Positions 17,904-25,768 of a stretch of 46,425 nt of DNA are shown here, in pieces. The position numbers were made by a program, and so were the translations under genes. Origin of the DNA: Chloroflexota bacterium (GTDB taxonomy: Bacteria > Chloroflexota > Anaerolineae > Anaerolineales > Anaerolineaceae); NCBI GenBank assembly GCA_019136215.1, contig JAGVUP010000179.1, forward strand, positions 1 through 46,425, written 5' to 3'. Each line of letters opens with the position of its first letter. Position 1 is the first letter of the stretch. The notes under the pieces were generated by a model. It was not told where the DNA came from. It was given only the letters and a program-made list of their open reading frames with translations, and ran no database searches.

Positions 17904-18929
17904 ATGGATGCCAATCGCGCTGTCAGACATTTGTTTTGGGGCGTTTTGATTCTGCTGCTCAGCGCTTGCAGCGTGCTGAACCCTGCCCCGAAGATTACGC
18001 CTCTTTTCACGGATTTGCCTGCGACAGCGACCTTCGATTCGCAGCAAGCTCAGACTAAAGCTGCTTACCAGGCAACCCCCACGCCGCGTCCTAGCCCCAC
18101 GCCCTGGCGGGTAGTTACACCAACCGCGACTCAAAATACCGTTCCCGATCAGACTTATAGGACCAATCCGCTGACTGGACTGGAAGTGGAAGACACGGAC
18201 TTGCTTTTGGAACGCCCTGTGATGGTCAAACTGGCTAATTGGCCTCAGTCTCTGCGCCCCTTCAATCAGATCCTGAAGGCGGACATTGTTTTTGAGTACT
18301 TTATTGGTCATCAGACCAACCACATCCTGGCGCTGTTTTATGGCGGCCAAGGCGGTAACACCGTCGTAGATACCGCCGCTCTGCGTGCTTATATCCGCAC
18401 TAAGGATCCCGAAAACGCGATCGAACGCCTTCCGGACTTGCATTTCGATAAAGAAATCTCTGCCTGGGATGAAACTGCTCTGCGGGTCAGTTACCTTTAC
18501 GCTGATTTTTCAGTGATGGACTGGCGCTACAACAAGGTTTACGGCGGTTATGAACTCTGGCAGGACTTCCAAAAGGAGGATGGGACTTACACGCTCCAGC
18601 AGACGCTCGACCGCGACACTCAGCAGCCGGTGATCTTTGAGAACGTATTGATCCTCCTGGCTGACTACATCGAATACAACCCGGCCTTTTTTGATATCGA
18701 TTTTCGCGAAGGGGATAAAGAACAAGCTGCCATCCTCCTGCGCGACGGCAAAATGACCAACGGCACCTGGTACGCGCCAGCCAACAACATGCCGCTTCAA
18801 TTTTTTGATCAGCGGGGCAACCCTTACATCCTCAAACCTGGGCAGACCTGGATCACCTTTGCCAGCACCACTTCCCGCATCGAAATGGTCGAAGAAGGCG
18901 TTTGGGATATTACCTTCGTGGCAAATTAG
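17904..18929 (+). CDS. Putative secreted lipoprotein, DUF3048-like
   Basis: From the ATG at 17904 the protein starts MDANRAVRHLFWGVLILLLSAC, giving a lipobox. ERPVMVKLANWPQSLRPFNQILKADIVFEYFIG....ILALFYG resembles the N-terminal DUF3048 signature. This is a recollection-level match only. Confidence 0.5.
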   Translation: MDANRAVRHLFWGVLILLLSACSVLNPAPKITPLFTDLPATATFDSQQAQTKAAYQATPTPRPSPTPWRVVTPTATQNTVPDQTYRTNPLTGLEVEDTDLLLERPVMVKLANWPQSLRPFNQILKADIVFEYFIGHQTNHILALFYGGQGGNTVVDTAALRAYIRTKDPENAIERLPDLHFDKEISAWDETALRVSYLYADFSVMDWRYNKVYGGYELWQDFQKEDGTYTLQQTLDRDTQQPVIFENVLILLADYIEYNPAFFDIDFREGDKEQAAILLRDGKMTNGTWYAPANNMPLQFFDQRGNPYILKPGQTWITFASTTSRIEMVEEGVWDITFVAN

Positions 18930-20981
18930 ACAGGCTTTGCCTCAAACCTGAGTGCGCGCAGCCCGTTGAGCGTTACGATCAAAGAGATGCCGATATCCGC
19001 GAAGACCGCCACCCACAAAGGCGTCCATCCCGCCATCGCCGCGATCGCCACCAGCGCCTTGATGCCAATGCTGAGGATCACATTCTGCCGACCTTGAGAG
19101 GCGCAGTGCGAAGGGCAGCCTGGTGAGGTCATCTTTCATCAGGACCACATCCGCTGTTTCGAGCACTTGCGCGTTGCCAGCTCCGCCCATCGCCACGCCG
19201 ATATCCGCCTGAGCCAGCGCTGGGGAATCGTTGATGCCATCCCCGACCATCACCACCTGTCCGTATTCCTGTTTGAGGAGTTTGAGCCTCTCCAGCTTGT
19301 CAGCCGGAAGCAGACCGGCAAAGACCTGGTCCAAACCTATTTCCTTCGCCACTCGTTCCGCGACGCCCAAACTATCCCCCGTCAGCATAACGGTGCGGAT
19401 GCCTTCCGCTTTCAGGTCCCCTATCACTTTTTTCGTGCCAGCGCGCGGTTCGTCCTCCACAGCCAGGTAGCCGATCACCCGCTCTCCGTCGCAAATGAGC
19501 ATGGTGGTCTGCCCCTGCTTTTCGGAGGCTTGCGTAGCAGCGATGATCCGCTCCGGTGTTTTATGTTCCGCCAGAAAAAGCGGAAGGCTGCCCACGGTTG
19601 CCAACTTGCCGTTTACGATTCCCTGCTGACCGCGCCCTTCCAATACTCTTAGGTCCTCTGCGGCAGGAAAACGGTCGAATACTCCGCGCGCGAGTGCTTC
19701 TTCCGTGACCGCGGTGCCAAGAGGATGGGTGCTGTGGGCTTCGAGCGAACTGGCAACTGCTACCAAGTTATCGCAGGGCTCACAGTACGCATCGCCATTG
19801 CAGTCCGTGGCTTGCACCTTGATCACCGAAGGCTTGCCGCGGGTGAGGGTGCCGGTTTTATCGAACGCCATCACTTTGCTGTCGGACAGTCCCTCCAAAA
19901 ATATTCCGCCCTTAAACACCACTCCGGCTCTGGCTGCCCGCGTCAGACCGCTGATCATGGTGATTGGGGTGCTAATAATCAGCGCGCAGGGGCACCCAAC
20001 CATCAGGACGGAAAGCGCGCGGTGAAACCATCCGTAACCCGCGGATGTGTTCCAGAAACTCTGCTTAAGGAGCAGCGTGGGAACAAGCGCCACTAAAACC
20101 GATACGGCGACTACCGCGGGGGTGTAAGCTTGGGCGAAGCGGTCGATAAATTTTTGTTTGCGGGCTTTGTTTTCCTGCGCTTCCGTTACCATGGCAATGA
20201 TCCGCTGAATCGTCGTATCCGCGGCGAGGCGGCTGACGCGCACTTCGAGCACGCCCTGCCCATTGACCGTGCCTGAGAGAACCTCATCGCCAACAGTTTT
20301 GGGCACCAGCCGGCTCTCCCCGGTAATCGGCGCCTGGTTCACCTCGCTGCTTCCGCGCACGATCTCACCGTCCATCGGAAAGCGTTCGCCCGCCCGCACC
20401 AGGATGTGATCCCCAGGTTTCAGTTCCTCAATCGCGACCCATTGCTCGCAGCCTTCCGCGACCAAAAGCGCCTGATGCGGTGCGAGGTCGGCGAATTCGG
20501 TCAGGATGGCGCGGGCGTGATCGTTGGTGTACCACTCGATTGTCTCTGAGAGCGTGAACAAAATCACCATGATCAAGGCTTCGTGCGTCTCTCCGATCGC
20601 AACCGCGCCGATCGCCGCGACTGACATAAGCACGTTCATGTTCAGATCGCGATCCCGGAAAAGGCTGATCGCTCCGTTACGGAATACCATCCAGCCTGCC
20701 ATTGGCAGGACTGCGAATTGCAAGACGCGCGTCAGGGTTAGCGAGACTCCAAAGCGTTCGAGAAAGAAGGTTGCAAAAAGGAGAATCCAGCCTGGTACGA
20801 CAATTTTCAGGTCAGGCATCCGCCTGAAGTACTGCCAGAAGCCTCTGAAGTTCAAAACAGCCGCTGTTTTCGCTGCCGCGTCCGCCGCGGGCAGGGGTTG
20901 GATGGACGTGGCGCAGTCGCAGCCACAGGAGCAAGCGGATTTTTCAGTGCAGGGTTCATGAGGTTGGTCGATTTTCGCCAT
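18926..20981 (-). pseudogene. Heavy-metal (Zn/Cd/Pb-type) P1B-ATPase, disrupted by a frameshifting deletion near the last TM helices
   Basis: Motifs present: a Cys-rich N-terminus (CTEKSACSCGCDC), the TM6 CPC motif (MVGCPCALIISTP), DKTGTLT and GDGINDSPALAQADIGVAMG. After ...LRLSRS (about nt 19090) the frame becomes non-homologous. The expected C-terminus (RQNVILSIGIKALVAIAAMAGWTPLWVAVFADIGISLIVTLNGLR) lies in another frame (ORF 18926..19132). Confidence 0.8.
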
Positions 20982-20995
20982 AAGCCAGCGTCCTT

Positions 20996-21301
20996 TCAGG
21001 CATCAAGGTGGAGACTATGTTCGTAAGCCTGCTCTATCAGAATCGGAATGTGTTCATCGCTGATGCGGTAATTCACCTGTTGCCCATCCCGCTTTGCGCT
21101 GACGAAGCGCAAATTGCGCAGCACACGCAGTTGATGCGAGGTGGCGCTTGGGCTTAGCCTGCATTGTTCAGCCAGGTCGTTGACATTGGTCTCCCCGTCA
21201 AAAAGGATTGCCAGCAGCCGCAGCCGGCTTGGGTCGGAAAGCCCCTTGAAGGTTGCCGCCATGCTGTCGAAGTCTGCCTGAGTTGATAGTTTGGTCTTCA
21301 T
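20996..21301 (-). CDS. ArsR/SmtB-family metal-responsive transcriptional repressor
   Basis: The protein is 101 aa. A winged HTH (LRLLAILFDGETNVNDLAEQCRLSPSATSHQLRVLRNLRFV) is present. It lies immediately upstream of the P-type ATPase. Confidence 0.85.
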   Translation of the reverse strand: MKTKLSTQADFDSMAATFKGLSDPSRLRLLAILFDGETNVNDLAEQCRLSPSATSHQLRVLRNLRFVSAKRDGQQVNYRISDEHIPILIEQAYEHSLHLDA

Positions 21302-21317
21302 ACCGCCTCACCGTTTC

Positions 21318-21367
21318 TGAATAATTGCTCATATCTTCATAATATATCAGGATACGTATTTTTGCAA
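21318..21367 (-). promoter_or_regulatory. Candidate arsR-ATPase promoter with ArsR/SmtB-type operator
   Basis: On the minus strand, -35 TTGCAA lies at 21362-21367, followed by a 17-nt spacer and -10 TATTAT at 21339-21344. The imperfect palindrome TGAATAATTGCTCA (21318-21331) lies between the -10 and the RBS. Confidence 0.35.
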
Positions 21368-21544
21368 TAGGAGTAAAGTTTTTTTTCCGAGAATAACAGA
21401 GTGAGAATTTGTTACATGTGGAGAATTAATTACGGACAATAAATTTCTGTCCCCTCCACCGTTAACCCTCCTTGAAAAGTATGTTTTCCAGGGTCTAATG
21501 CAGCCATTTTTATAAATCGTCAGGATACGCAAGGCGTATCCCTG

Positions 21545-21782
21545 TACGGCTGGGTCTTGGTCCAGCCGCTTGGCATTGGAGGGCAAGGCAAAAGAGGGGG
21601 GCAAAAACGTTCCGTGCGGCTGGGCTGACACCCAGCCGATAAACCATAAAAGGCGGGTCTGATGGCGGGAGCGATGCCCCCACTATACGGCTGGGCCTTG
21701 GTCCAGCCGCTTGGTATTGGATGGTAAGGCAAAAAGAGGGGGTAAAAATGTTTCGTATGGCTGGGTGTCAGCCTAGCTGATT
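21545..21782. repeat. Two ~97-nt direct repeat copies (period 141 nt), each containing two GGCTGG/CCAGCC-type hairpins
   Basis: Copy 1 spans 21545-21641 and copy 2 spans 21686-21782, at roughly 80-85% identity by hand alignment. Both carry hairpin CGGCTGG-N8-CCAGCCG. A second hairpin reads GGCTGGG-CTGACA-CCCAGCC in copy 1 and GGCTGGG-TGTCAG-CCTAGCT in copy 2, so the loop is inverted. No credible ORF is present. Confidence 0.7.
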
Positions 21783-22013
21783 CGCCTTACCTACGCGGGG
21801 GAAGGGGGACTGACGTGGATGAGGAGCGCGAAATCCCGATGCCGCCCTTAACCCGGCTATGCCGCTCCCCATAAGAGGTCCTAATACCTGATGGATCAGT
21901 TCTTTTTAATTGTACGAGAGGGCAAGTGCCCGCAGAGTTGAGCATTGCTCCACCCCTGCCCGCCCGGACTGCAAGACCCTTCTTGATTGGATAAAGCATT
22001 GGCAAATCGGAGG

Positions 22014-22400
22014 TTACTTGACTCTGTTCCACTCCTCAGAAGCGTCTTTTTCTAAGACAACTTCATAGGTGTTACCGTTCCTGTACAATCCGATCATATT
22101 TGTGTTTTCATCCAACGGAATGACAAACTCACTTTTTGCGCCAATCGAGCCGTTGATTCCCCCGAAAGCTGAAATACAATCGAGATGGAGCTTTCCGCCT
22201 TCTTGCTGGCGAACAGATACCTTTCTTATATAGCCAACAGAGCCGCTAATCCCTACTGTAATGGTCATGCTTGTCCCGTCGTCGGAGACGGCATAGTCTT
22301 GAATAAATGCACTGCCTGCTTTTGTAAAACCTGAACCCAAAACATATAGCGCACCTAACACCAATACTATGCCCACAAAGATGATTATTGTTTTTTTCAT
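22014..22400 (-). CDS. Hypothetical N-terminally membrane-anchored small protein
   Basis: The protein is 128 aa. MKKTIIIFVGIVLVLGALYVLGSG forms a signal/anchor, and the rest is beta-rich. GC is lower than in neighbouring genes. No family was recognised. Confidence 0.5.
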   Translation of the reverse strand: MKKTIIIFVGIVLVLGALYVLGSGFTKAGSAFIQDYAVSDDGTSMTITVGISGSVGYIRKVSVRQQEGGKLHLDCISAFGGINGSIGAKSEFVIPLDENTNMIGLYRNGNTYEVVLEKDASEEWNRVK

Positions 22401-22678
22401 GTATCGCGTTTATTAATCCTAATCTGTCTGAATCCAATACTATCTTATCGATTTACCATGCCCATTATAGTTCCTTGTCCTTCTGATTAACTCTCTAAGT
22501 CTGTGTCCATGTTTCTAAAAAAAATACTCAATTAAATGTGCAAGGGACTTCTTTTCGATGAGGGCTTTGCCTGGAAGGAGATAATCGATCTAGTAATGAA
22601 ATTGGTAACAATGGTATGTCTTGCAACTATGGATTACCAATGCCCACATTGCCGTTCTCAACCATTCTCAAACATGCC

Positions 22679-22707
22679 TTGAACTCAGGCATTTTTCGTG
22701 TTAGAAT
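22679..22707 (+). promoter_or_regulatory. Promoter of the tRNA-Ser pair
   Basis: TTGAAC lies at 22679-22684, followed by a 17-nt spacer and TAGAAT at 22702-22707. It sits about 12 nt upstream of the first tRNA. Confidence 0.5.
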
Positions 22708-22718
22708 GCAGTCTCTGT

Positions 22719-22803
22719 GGAGGGATGGCCGAGCGGTTGAAGGCGCCTGTCTTGAAAACAGGTATAGGGAAACCTATCGTGGGTTCGAACCCCACTTCCT
22801 CCG
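22719..22803 (+). tRNA. tRNA-Ser (anticodon UGA)
   Basis: A hand-folded cloverleaf has acceptor GGAGGGA/TTCCTCC (one G-U pair), anticodon arm CCTGT-CTTGAAA-ACAGG, a long variable arm (TATAGGGAAACCTATC) and T arm GTGGG-TTCGAAC-CCCAC. No CCA is encoded. Confidence 0.9.
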
Positions 22804-22827
22804 CTGGGTTTTAACAACCGTATATTT

Positions 22828-22916
22828 GGGGAGGTGCCAGAGTGGACGAATGGGGCCGCCTGCTAAGTGGTTGTCGGAGTAAAATCCGACCCAGGGTTCG
22901 AATCCCTGCCTCTCCG
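22828..22916 (+). tRNA. tRNA-Ser (anticodon GCU)
   Basis: The cloverleaf has acceptor GGGGAGG/CCTCTCC, anticodon arm GCCGC-CTGCTAA-GTGGT, a long variable arm (TGTCGGAGTAAAATCCGACC) and T arm CAGGG-TTCGAAT-CCCTG. Confidence 0.9.
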
Positions 22917-22922
22917 CCTCGT

Positions 22923-22951
22923 AAAAAAACCGCCATTCGGCGGTTTTTTTA
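22923..22951. terminator. Bidirectional intrinsic terminator
   Basis: The sequence is AAAAAAACCGCC-ATTC-GGCGGTTTTTTT. It lies between the convergent tRNA-Ser genes and the DUF2804-like gene. Confidence 0.7.
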
Positions 22952-22968
22952 TTCTTTCGAGCGCCGAC

Positions 22969-23988
22969 TCACCAGCGGGCGTGATGATCTTCCGCCCAGC
23001 CCACCGCCCGCCTGACTTCGATCGCTTCGCCGTTCTCGCCGAGCATCATACCGTCAAAATGCCCGATCATCTGATGCACTTCCGAGCGGATGACCACCAT
23101 GTCAGTTTTAGCGACCCGTTCAAAGAAGGGCGTGAAGGTCAGGTCAACCCGCTTCGTTTCCGCGGTGCGCAACTTCCAGGGGGATTTGAAGTTTTGGGTG
23201 GAATAACTAAAGATCACGTCCTCGCTGAGCTTAATCAGGCGCCCATCAACGCAGAGAGCGTTCTCGGTGGAACCGGTGTTGTCTGTCCATCCTGCTCCAA
23301 AGTTGCCGCCGAGCGTGCTGCCGTCCGGCAGGCGGGTGGAGAAACTCGCCCAATTCCAAAAACCCTGATAGGGCCATACTCCCCGACCAAAATCGAGCGT
23401 GGCGAAGCTGTTTTCGGGGGTGAAGGCGATTTCGTCCCCGCCCAGCAGGATCCGACCGGCAGTCGGCAGGGTGTTGTTTTTTGCCGTGAACTGGAACAAG
23501 CGCTCGCTCCACGGCACCACCACATTCAGGCTTTCGTGCATTTCGGGCTCGGTAACACGCAAATCCGCCTTGAGCGGTTTGCCCTCAAAATCCGCGATGT
23601 CCACCAGTATCCTGACGCCGCCGGGAACGTTTTCCATACTGATGCGGCAACCCTCAACCGAGAAACTCGCGTCATCGCGAACATGATCCCCGAGGCTCAC
23701 ATTCCTGCCGAAGGGAGTGATGATAGTTTTCTCGATGAACTCGCCCGTCGCGAAGTCGAGAAAATAGACGAAAGGCAGACCGGCATAGTCCACATTGCTC
23801 AGCGTGACCGAGAAAAGGTGGGTCGGACTGGTGACACACCAGTAATTCCAGCGTTTCTTGCGCAGGGGATGCCCGAAAAGCTGGCAATTCTGCAGGGGCT
23901 GGCGAGACCAGCCTACTGCCTGTGGGTTCAGTTTTCCGTTTGGAAGGCAAAGGTCAACAGTTTGGGTGAGTTCTCTTTCCGGCAACAC
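22969..23988 (-). CDS. Conserved hypothetical protein, DUF2804-like
   Basis: The protein is 339 aa and beta-rich. KKRWNYWCVTS... and the C-terminal GWAEDHHARW recall the DUF2804 family. The assignment is from memory and was not verified. Confidence 0.5.
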   Translation of the reverse strand: MLPERELTQTVDLCLPNGKLNPQAVGWSRQPLQNCQLFGHPLRKKRWNYWCVTSPTHLFSVTLSNVDYAGLPFVYFLDFATGEFIEKTIITPFGRNVSLGDHVRDDASFSVEGCRISMENVPGGVRILVDIADFEGKPLKADLRVTEPEMHESLNVVVPWSERLFQFTAKNNTLPTAGRILLGGDEIAFTPENSFATLDFGRGVWPYQGFWNWASFSTRLPDGSTLGGNFGAGWTDNTGSTENALCVDGRLIKLSEDVIFSYSTQNFKSPWKLRTAETKRVDLTFTPFFERVAKTDMVVIRSEVHQMIGHFDGMMLGENGEAIEVRRAVGWAEDHHARW

Positions 23989-24031
23989 GGCAGTTCCTTT
24001 CTGGTGAGTAAAACAAACGCTTTCTATTAAT

Positions 24032-24057
24032 AAAAAACCGCCTCGTGGCGGCGTTTT
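24032..24057 (-). terminator. Intrinsic terminator downstream of the NYN/LOTUS gene
   Basis: The minus strand reads CGCCGCC-ACGA-GGCGG followed by TTTTTTATT. Confidence 0.7.
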
Positions 24058-24822
24058 CTAATCTTCTTCTTTCGACCGGATCAGGATGATCGATTTCCCT
24101 GCCTGCTTCTTGATGTCAAAGTAAGCCTTGCGGGCGCGCACAAGCGTCGCGAGCTGCTTGGCGCCGTAGGTGCGGGGGTCAAAGCCCGGGTCTATGCGCC
24201 GCAGCGCGGTGCCCACTTCCGAGAGACGGCACCAGCCATCGTCATCCGTGCCGACCATTTCGATCGCCTGGTTGATATTGTCGATCAGCTTGGATTCCGC
24301 CTCGCTAAGTCGGGCAGACATCTGCTGGCGGGCAGCGATTCTCTTCTTTTCGCGTTCGCGTTCAATCAGGTTTTCGGTATAGATGAACACGTCGCACGCC
24401 GAAACAAAGGCGCGCGGGGTCATCTGTTTGCCGATGCCGATCACCAGTTTGCCGCTCTCGCGGATGCGCGTGGCAAGGCGGGTGTAGTCGCTGTCGCTGG
24501 AGACGAGGCAGAATCCGTCCACCAGGTTGGTATGCAGGATGTCCATCGCATCGATAATCATCGCGGAGTCAGTTGAATTTTTGCCTACCGAATACGCAAA
24601 TTGCTGGAAGGGTTGAAAGGCAAAAGAATTCAACGTTTCTTTCCAGGTCTTCATGTTGGAGGAAGTCCAGTCGCCGTATATGCGGCGGATGGTGACATTG
24701 CCGTAACGGCTCGCCTCAACGATGATCTGTTCGATCAGAGCGGACTGAGCGTTATCGCCATCGATGAGTATTGCGATCCGTTTTTCCTTCAGATCGTTTG
24801 AGAGTTCATTTCCATTTGTCAT
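24058..24822 (-). CDS. NYN (LabA/DUF88, PIN-like) domain protein with C-terminal OST-HTH/LOTUS domain
   Basis: KRIAILIDGDNAQ...IYGDW...FCLVSSDSDYTRLATRIRESGKLVIGIG forms the NYN acidic core. The C-terminal DDGWCRLSEVGTALRRIDPGFDPRTYGAKQLATLV matches the LOTUS pattern. Confidence 0.75.
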   Translation of the reverse strand: MTNGNELSNDLKEKRIAILIDGDNAQSALIEQIIVEASRYGNVTIRRIYGDWTSSNMKTWKETLNSFAFQPFQQFAYSVGKNSTDSAMIIDAMDILHTNLVDGFCLVSSDSDYTRLATRIRESGKLVIGIGKQMTPRAFVSACDVFIYTENLIEREREKKRIAARQQMSARLSEAESKLIDNINQAIEMVGTDDDGWCRLSEVGTALRRIDPGFDPRTYGAKQLATLVRARKAYFDIKKQAGKSIILIRSKEED

Positions 24823-24862
24823 ACTCTGATTATAACTGCAAAATTCCCCTGACTTGAAAGCC

Positions 24863-25345
24863 TCAACACAGACAGTCTTCTGTTATATCAACCTTGTGTT
24901 TGCGGTAGTAATCCTGGTGATATTCCTCTGCCGGATAGAAGACGCCCGCGTCGCTGACTTCGGTGATGATATCGCATTCGTACATGCCGGAGCATTCCAG
25001 GAAGGCGATCACCTGTTCGGCGGTTTCGCGTTCGGCATCATTGGCGACGAAGATCGCAGATCGGTATTGCGGAGTATAAATTCGGCTGTTGGATGGGCAG
25101 AGCGTCGGATCGTGGAAAGTGAAGAAGGCTTCGAGCAGGTCCTGGTAAGATATTTCATCCGGGTTATAGTCCACCTGCACCGCCTCAGCGTGCCCGGTCA
25201 AATCGCAACAGACATCCCGATACGTTGGGTTTTCGGTATGTCCGCCGGTATAGCCGACCAGAGTGTCGACGACACCCTGAACCTGCCTAAATCTGGCTTC
25301 CAATCCCCAAAAACAACCTCCAGCTAAGATAGCCTGTCTGATCAT
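24863..25345 (-). CDS. msrA: Peptide-methionine (S)-S-oxide reductase MsrA
   Basis: The protein is 160 aa. The GGCFWGLE active-site motif and GYTGGHTENPTYRDVCCDLTGHAEAVQVDY are present. Confidence 0.95.
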   Translation of the reverse strand: MIRQAILAGGCFWGLEARFRQVQGVVDTLVGYTGGHTENPTYRDVCCDLTGHAEAVQVDYNPDEISYQDLLEAFFTFHDPTLCPSNSRIYTPQYRSAIFVANDAERETAEQVIAFLECSGMYECDIITEVSDAGVFYPAEEYHQDYYRKHKVDITEDCLC

Positions 25346-25544
25346 GATCCTTGCTCCATGTAACGGGTAATACCCTTAGAATAGATTAAGCTTCTGTGAA
25401 TAATATATCAAGAGAATGTTAAATTTTCAACCGCATCCTTACACAACCGCCCTTTTTTGCGTTTCCTTCCCATGGGTCCGCTGAAACGCAGCGTTTCTCA
25501 ACAGGGGGGATGACAAGAGAGTTTGATACAGCAGAGAATAAAAA

Positions 25545-25627
25545 TGGGCCCGGAAGGATTCGAACCTTCAACCAAGCGGTTATGAGCCGCCTGCTCCGCC
25601 ATTGATCCGCCATTGAGCTACAGGCCC
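25545..25627 (-). tRNA. tRNA-Met(CAU)-like gene (could be Ile2-type) with an 11-nt tandem duplication in the D-arm; possibly non-functional
   Basis: The minus strand reads GGGCCTG TA GCTC AATGGCGGATCAATGGCG GAGC A GGCGG CTCATAA CCGCT TGGTT GAAGG TTCGAAT CCTTC CGGGCCC A. All stems pair. The D-loop is 18 nt because TCCGCCATTGA is repeated twice on the plus strand (25595-25605 and 25606-25616). Confidence 0.6.
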
Positions 25628-25768
25628 TTCAGGTAATAGATTTTACCACAGCCTTCCGCTCTATTGAACGATAGAGTGAGGCTTAATTTCCACCGCAACA
25701 GCCAGTGCTGTCCAACTCCTGACCTGAGGTAATCTGGTCACCTGAAAATTGACTTTTTCCTTTACTAA

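Noticed and set aside
21347-21732. ORFs 21347..21631 (-) and 21520..21732 (-) across the repeat region.
   Set aside because: Their internal repeats (PSGWTKAQPY / PSGWTKTQPY) are simply the translated DNA repeat. They have no RBS and an unusual composition. The region is better explained as non-coding hairpin repeats.
21545-21782. Possible CRISPR array.
   Set aside because: There are only two copies of ~97-nt units with a 141-nt period. The intervening sequence is 44 nt, no cas genes are present, and the units are far longer than CRISPR repeats.
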